Part shown: piece after piece, positions 58,707 through 64,000 of the stretch
Layout: each line of letters opens with the position of its first letter
Numbering within the stretch: the stretch's first letter is position 1
NCBI GenBank assembly: GCA_050331735.1
Contig: JBHJGN010000022.1
Span: forward strand, 72,858 to 136,857
Direction: 5' to 3'
From: Cyanophyceae cyanobacterium
GTDB taxonomy: Bacteria > Cyanobacteriota > Cyanobacteriia > Cyanobacteriales > JBHJGN01
Length of the DNA: 64,000 bases
Program-made: the position numbers and the translations under genes
The notes under the pieces: model-generated
Databases searched by the model: none
What the model was told of the DNA's origin: nothing
What the model saw: only the letters and a program-made list of their open reading frames with translations

Positions 58707-61700
58707 AGTGAGTTCCTCCCATTCTCTAATTGCAGTGCGGTTTCTGTCCGGCGGTATTCCGGCTCAAGCTGCTTCAGCAGCTCTTGAGCTTCCTTGACGT
58801 TCTCCCCACGTCCCAATTCCTCTAACCTGGCCGCCAGGTCAGCCAAGCAACTAGCTCCTACCGTCGCGCTCAACGACTTCAGCGCGTGCGCCGACCGATA
58901 CAGAGCCGTGCAATCTTCCCCGTCAATAGCGGCGGTGATCGCCTCGATCCGCTGGGGCGCATCTTCTAGGTAGCCCTCCACCAACTCGGCGAGCAGCTCC
59001 TCAGCGTCATCTCCCGCCATCTCGCGCAGCTCCTTCAGCACCTGAATATCCAGAACAGAATCCGGCGGGCTCGGGAGCGGCAGTGCCTCCTCTCGGGGAG
59101 CGGCGCTCGCCGCCTGGGGAAGCTTCGGAAGCGGAGAAGCGCTCGCTTCTTGCTGAGTGTCCTCTCTCTTGTGGCGAAGCAATCCCTTAACTAAAGATTC
59201 GACTCGAATGGGTTTAGAAACGTAGTCGTCCATGCCTGCTTCTAAGCAGGCTTCGCGATCGCCGGGCATAGCGTGGGCGGTCATGGCAATAATCCACGGG
59301 CGCTCGGTAGCGAGGCTCCGAATACGGCGAGTGGCTTCTAACCCGTCCATCTCTGGCATTTGGACATCCATAAACACCACGTCATAGGCTTGTCGGTGGA
59401 GAGCGTCGAGCGCTTCCTGACCGTTGTTGGCGACATCGGCCCGGTAGCCGAGGCGCTGAAGCATCTGAAGCGCCACTTTTTGATTCACGGCCACATCCTC
59501 CACCAGCAGAATCCGCAGCGGGTAGCGCTGAGCAAGCTGCTCGCTGAAATTAGGGGTGTGGGCCTTGACCGTCACCGGAGCGCGAGAAAGCACCTGAACG
59601 AGCGTATTGTAGAGCTGAGACTGCTTCACGGGCTTGGTTAAACTAGCGGCAAACTCAGCTCGGCTACAGTGCTGTACGTGCTCGCTAATCGAACTGAGCA
59701 TCACCAGAGGCAATTCCCGATACTCAGCGAGGGCGTGAATCTCTCTGGCCAAAGTCAGACCGTCCATATAGGGCATCTGCATATCCAACACGGCCAGATC
59801 GAACGGCTCCCCCGCTGCTAGCCAGCCCAGAGCCTGCTGACCCGATTCTGCCGCTCGAACCTTCATGCCCCATCCCTGGGCTTCTAGGGTCAAGATCTTG
59901 CGGTTGGTGGCGTTATCGTCTACTACCAGCAGCCGTTTCCCAATCAGATCCGGCTGCGGCTGATTGAGATCGACATCCGCTAGGGGCGGAGCGGAGTCAG
60001 CAAAAAGGGTAAAGTAGAACACCGACCCTAAACCGACAATGCTTTCCGCCCAGACAGAACCTTCCATCATTTTGCAGAGGCGATCGCTAATCGCTAAGCC
60101 TAATCCTGTTCCCCCATAGCGGCGGGCGATCGAGTTATCTACCTGGCTGAAGGAGTCGAACAGCCGCTCCATCTTGTCGGGAGGAATGCCGATCCCGGTA
60201 TCCTTAACGGCAAACTGAAGCTGATAGCGACCGTCGGCGGCCTCTCCCACTCTGTGCGCCGTCACGGTGACTAAAATTTCGCCCGACTCGGTGAACTTCA
60301 CCGCATTGCTGAGCAAGTTGAGCAAAATCTGCCGCAGACGAGTAACATCCCCAACAATGGTGGGAGGCGTTTCGGGGGCAATCAGGTAGGCCAGCTCTAA
60401 CCCTTTCGTGGCGGCAGGAGAAGCGACCAGGTCCAGGGCTTCCTCAAGGCAGTTGCGGAGGTTGAAGGGCTGGTGTTCGAGCTCCATTTTGCCCGCCTCA
60501 ATTTTGGAGAAGTCGAGGATATCGTTAATAATGGTCAGCAGCGAGTCGCTACTGCTGCGAACGGTATCTACAAAGTCCCACTGTTGGGCATCGAGGGGCG
60601 TATCGAGGAGCAGACCCGTCATGCCGATAATGGCGTTCATGGGAGTGCGGATTTCGTGGCTCATCATTGCTAAAAAGGCACTTTTAGCCTGATTAGCGGC
60701 TTCTGCCTGCTGTTTGGCCTGGGCCAGCGCCCGGTTCTTCTGCGCCAGTTCGGCCTGCTGGTGCTTTTCCTGCTCCAAAAGCGCCGCCTGTTCTAGAGCA
60801 ATCCCCACCTGCGCCGCCACCGCTTCAATGAGTTCTATTTCATCGGTAGTCCACTCTCGGTGAGTACACTGGTGCAGACAAATGACTCCATTGGGTTCGC
60901 CTTGGTAGGAGGTCCGCACCGCCAACATCGACTGAAGCTCGATTTGGCGGCAAATTGACTCGGTAGGCTGAAGCAGCGGGTCGGTGTAGACATCGTTTGA
61001 AGCGATCGCGTGCTCCTGGGCTAGTACCTGTTCGGCATGAGGATTACCCAGCACCGGAATTTCCAGCTCCAGCAGCGACGAATAGCCCGGTTCGAGGTAT
61101 TCGCCTACGCAGGGAATCTGCGGCACCGGCAAAGTTGTGTAAGTATGGATCAGGCAGCGATCAACTTTAAACGCTTGTCCAATTTGAACAGCGGCAGTTT
61201 GGAAAATATGATGGGGGTCGAGGCTTTGCCGAATCTCATGGGTAATTCGCCGCAGCAGCAGCATTTGCTGGAATTGTTGCTCTAATTTTTTGAGGGCGTG
61301 TTTGCGTTCGGTGATGTTTTCGATCAGCGCGACTGCGTAGAGAGGGTGACCTTGAGAATCGCGCACGAGGGAAGCACTGAGGAGAATCCAAACGACATAT
61401 CCTTGTTTATGAATATAGCGCTTCTCCATCTGGTAGGAGCGGATTTCTCCCGCTTTGAGCTGACGATAGTAGTCCAGGTCGATGTCGAGATCTTCAGGAT
61501 GGGTAATCTCCTGAAAGGTGCTTTTCAGTAGCTCCTGCTCCCCATAGCCCACCATCTCGCACAAAGAGCGATTGACCTGGAGCCAGCGACCGTCTAGTGA
61601 AACGATCGCCATGCCCGTTGCTGCCGATTTAAAAGCTCCTTGAAAGCGCTGTTCGCTCTCCCGGAGTGCCGCTTCTGCTTGATGAGCCGAAATCAGGCGA

Positions 61701-63829
61701 CCCAGGCTTTGAGCCATCAGCTCCACAATTTCTTGTTCCCAGTCTTTGAATGTGGTTTCTCTAGCGGCTGTGGCAGAAAAGCTGAGAGTTCCATACACTT
61801 CGCCCTGAACCAGAATCGGCGTACCAATGTAGGTTTCTAGCTTCAGATTTTGGTAAACCGGGTAGCCCTGCATCTCTGGCAGCTTACCCACGTGGGTACA
61901 GGCGACAGTTTGCTGCCGCTGCACCACGCGATCGCAGTAGGTATCTTTGAGGGCATACTGTTGGCCGGAAGCAAGCTCCAGATTTGACTTGACAGCCAGG
62001 ATGGTATACAAACCGTCTTTTACTTCACTAATAATTCCGGTCGGCAGTCCGAAAATGCTGCATCCAGCTTCCAAATAGTCTGCAAAGGCATTCTGCAATC
62101 GATTGTGATTAACCGTACTCAGGCGATGGAGGTATTTCAGTCCGGTACTGTAGCTGTAAAGTGCCTGTTCTGCTAACTTTCGTTCCGTAATATCGCGCAG
62201 CGCTTTAACAATCACCCGGCGACCGCGATAAAACAGAGATTTACCGCGTATTTCCAAATGCACGGTGCTGCCGTCCTTTCTTAAGCCGCGCAGCTCGTAG
62301 GGCTGATCGTCCCCAGTCGCTAAGTTGTACCGCACTCGCTCTCGTTCTTCGGTTACGGCGAATTCTTCAATGTTTTTGCCCAGGGCTTCACTCAGGTTAT
62401 AGCCAAATAGTTCAGCGGCGCGGTCATTGGCATCGACGAGCTTCCCCTGCTCAACAAAGATAATGGCCTCAAAGGTGGCGTTAGATAGTTGCCGGAATCT
62501 TTCCTCGCTCTCTAACAGGAAAGCCTCCGATCGTTTGCGCTCGAAAAACTGGCCGAGCTGAGAGCCAACTGAGGTAAACAGCTCCAGCAGTTCCCAATCA
62601 GACTGAAGCTTGAAGCGACTAAAAAAGGTAAATACCCCTAAAACGCGATCGCCGAGCATCACGGGAAAGGCAAAGGCTCCGTGTAACCCCTCTTTGTCGG
62701 CAGCCTCTCGGCGCAAGAAATTGTCGTCTTGGACAACATCTTCAATCGAAACCGGCTTACCGCTAGCCCACGCTCGACCTGGTAACCCGACACCTAGCTC
62801 AAAAGACGTTTGCCAAGTAGCCCGCTCAAATTCTGCAAAATTGTCGCAGTCCCGATGCCAAACCTCAATGCAGCGCAGGGAATCGCTCACCGAATGAGCC
62901 ATCATCGGGTTTTGACTCCACAATTCTCCCCATTCCCAATGAAGAGTATCGCAAACCGTGCGGATTACTTTCAGAATCACCTCTGAGATGGAGCTTGCTT
63001 CTGCCAAAATCTCAGAAATGGCATACTGTAAAGCGAGCTGCTGTTCTTCCTGTCTGCGCTTGGTAATATCTCGAATAATTCCCAAAAAACCCAAAAACCG
63101 CTCGTCAGTATCCTTAACCGCAATACCAACCGTTTCGCTCATAAAGACGGTGCCATTTTTCCGGCGATACTGAACTTCGTAGGGCGATCGCCGTTCTTGA
63201 GCGCTGAGATTAAATCGCTGTTTGCCCTGCTTCTCGTAATCCGCCGGATTGGCATACAGCATCTGGGTTAGTTGTCCCAGAGCTTCTTGGTGACTGTAGC
63301 CGAACATTTTTGTAAATGCCGGATTGAACAGCTTCATCCGACGCTCGGCATCGGCAAACAGCACCGTATCGGGAAGAGCCTGAAAAATCGCCTCGAACTT
63401 AGCTTTTTCCTGATGCAGTTTCGCTTCTATCTCTGAGCGTTGGGCAATTTGCTTGGTTAGCTCCTGATTCATGGCCTCGATCTCTTTGGGATTGGGCAGA
63501 GCCAGAGCTTGGGGCAGGATCGGGAACAGCGCCCAAGCCGTATAGCAGGAGATCAGCGCCGTCGCCGCTTTGACCACCCCCGAAAGCCAGTAGTGCGGAT
63601 ACCACAGCGTCCAGACCGCCATGAGGTGAACAGTACCGCAGGCAATAATAAACGCGCTAAACAGAATAAAGACGTCTTTAAACGGTACGTCCCGCCGCTG
63701 GCGCACAAAATACAGCAGCATCGCGGGAATTGAATAATAAGCTAGAGCCGTCAACAAATCTGAAAGCAGGTGCAGCCCCACTAGGGGAGTTTGCCAAAGA
63801 TAACAGTGACCGTGAGGGATATAAGCCAT
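58703..63829 (-). CDS. Hybrid sensor kinase: ethylene-receptor-like TM domain, 3 PAS, 3 GAF, HisKA/HATPase, 2 REC, HPt
   Basis: [13 protein letters not shown] and [26 protein letters not shown]; two receivers; AHALKS HPt; start ATG 63829. Confidence 0.9.
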   Translation of the reverse strand: MAYIPHGHCYLWQTPLVGLHLLSDLLTALAYYSIPAMLLYFVRQRRDVPFKDVFILFSAFIIACGTVHLMAVWTLWYPHYWLSGVVKAATALISCYTAWALFPILPQALALPNPKEIEAMNQELTKQIAQRSEIEAKLHQEKAKFEAIFQALPDTVLFADAERRMKLFNPAFTKMFGYSHQEALGQLTQMLYANPADYEKQGKQRFNLSAQERRSPYEVQYRRKNGTVFMSETVGIAVKDTDERFLGFLGIIRDITKRRQEEQQLALQYAISEILAEASSISEVILKVIRTVCDTLHWEWGELWSQNPMMAHSVSDSLRCIEVWHRDCDNFAEFERATWQTSFELGVGLPGRAWASGKPVSIEDVVQDDNFLRREAADKEGLHGAFAFPVMLGDRVLGVFTFFSRFKLQSDWELLELFTSVGSQLGQFFERKRSEAFLLESEERFRQLSNATFEAIIFVEQGKLVDANDRAAELFGYNLSEALGKNIEEFAVTEERERVRYNLATGDDQPYELRGLRKDGSTVHLEIRGKSLFYRGRRVIVKALRDITERKLAEQALYSYSTGLKYLHRLSTVNHNRLQNAFADYLEAGCSIFGLPTGIISEVKDGLYTILAVKSNLELASGQQYALKDTYCDRVVQRQQTVACTHVGKLPEMQGYPVYQNLKLETYIGTPILVQGEVYGTLSFSATAARETTFKDWEQEIVELMAQSLGRLISAHQAEAALRESEQRFQGAFKSAATGMAIVSLDGRWLQVNRSLCEMVGYGEQELLKSTFQEITHPEDLDIDLDYYRQLKAGEIRSYQMEKRYIHKQGYVVWILLSASLVRDSQGHPLYAVALIENITERKHALKKLEQQFQQMLLLRRITHEIRQSLDPHHIFQTAAVQIGQAFKVDRCLIHTYTTLPVPQIPCVGEYLEPGYSSLLELEIPVLGNPHAEQVLAQEHAIASNDVYTDPLLQPTESICRQIELQSMLAVRTSYQGEPNGVICLHQCTHREWTTDEIELIEAVAAQVGIALEQAALLEQEKHQQAELAQKNRALAQAKQQAEAANQAKSAFLAMMSHEIRTPMNAIIGMTGLLLDTPLDAQQWDFVDTVRSSSDSLLTIINDILDFSKIEAGKMELEHQPFNLRNCLEEALDLVASPAATKGLELAYLIAPETPPTIVGDVTRLRQILLNLLSNAVKFTESGEILVTVTAHRVGEAADGRYQLQFAVKDTGIGIPPDKMERLFDSFSQVDNSIARRYGGTGLGLAISDRLCKMMEGSVWAESIVGLGSVFYFTLFADSAPPLADVDLNQPQPDLIGKRLLVVDDNATNRKILTLEAQGWGMKVRAAESGQQALGWLAAGEPFDLAVLDMQMPYMDGLTLAREIHALAEYRELPLVMLSSISEHVQHCSRAEFAASLTKPVKQSQLYNTLVQVLSRAPVTVKAHTPNFSEQLAQRYPLRILLVEDVAVNQKVALQMLQRLGYRADVANNGQEALDALHRQAYDVVFMDVQMPEMDGLEATRRIRSLATERPWIIAMTAHAMPGDREACLEAGMDDYVSKPIRVESLVKGLLRHKREDTQQEASASPLPKLPQAASAAPREEALPLPSPPDSVLDIQVLKELREMAGDDAEELLAELVEGYLEDAPQRIEAITAAIDGEDCTALYRSAHALKSLSATVGASCLADLAARLEELGRGENVKEAQELLKQLEPEYRRTETALQLENGRNSL

Positions 63830-63834
63830 GTCTT

Positions 63835-63937
63835 GGGGGAAGCAGCCAGCGCTGCGGGGAAGGGGGAAACTGTCCCTAACGGGACGGGGAAGGGGGAAAG
63901 GGGATAGGGGAAGGGGGAAAGGGGAAGGGGGAAAGGG
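63835..63937. repeat. GGGGAAA/GGGGAAG tandem tract with mini-hairpin
   Basis: GTCCCTAACGGGAC inside GGGGAAGGGGGAAAGGGG repeats. Confidence 0.75.
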
Positions 63938-64000
63938 TGTGATAGAACACACTCTGTTGGGTACCTCGGCGCTTAACTCCAGAGAGCCAACTACGGGCGC

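Larger units (their letters stand above)
1..64000. repeat. HIP1 octamer GCGATCGC dispersed across the window
   Basis: Dozens of occurrences in coding and non-coding DNA, e.g. near 477, 614, 3238, 5086 and 12088. Confidence 0.9.

Noticed and set aside
63830..63952. N-terminal extension of the 1749-aa kinase ORF
   Set aside because: The [12 protein letters not shown] sequence is translated repeat DNA; ATG 63829 gives a normal N-terminus.

Overview
This is a cyanobacterial chromosomal window: HIP1 octamers (GCGATCGC) are abundant, and psbY, an Hli protein, a TIGR02652-type gene and sucrose synthase are present. From left to right it holds: (1) a type-2 NADH dehydrogenase divergent from a sugar-catabolism cluster (tal-pgi fusion, gnd, zwf, fbp, class I aldolase, glk, aquaporin, alkaline/neutral invertase, and pgl nearby); (2) DMT, DM13 and histidine kinase genes plus an HTH/NB-ARC/WD40 protein; (3) the best novelty candidate, a minus-strand module (23991-27130) made of a tandem ribbon-helix-helix regulator, two paralogous heme-oxygenase-like diiron-type proteins (one with an intact ligand set, one degenerate) and an unannotated 47-aa acidic peptide ending in DIVCYF, with three identical copies of the 20-bp site GTTTTGTTGGCAGACAAAAC; (4) housekeeping genes; (5) a GntR/desaturase/hydrolase unit; (6) a Crp/LysR deletion scar; (7) a heptose-type glycosyltransferase cluster; (8) egtD, a TPR gene and susA; (9) an ethylene-receptor-like hybrid kinase coupled to a diguanylate cyclase. 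Many intergenic spaces carry a composite repeat of purine/pyrimidine tracts punctuated by 13-14 nt mini-hairpins. No rRNA, tRNA, CRISPR array or intact transposase was recognised. All calls come from reading motifs by eye; no database searches were run.
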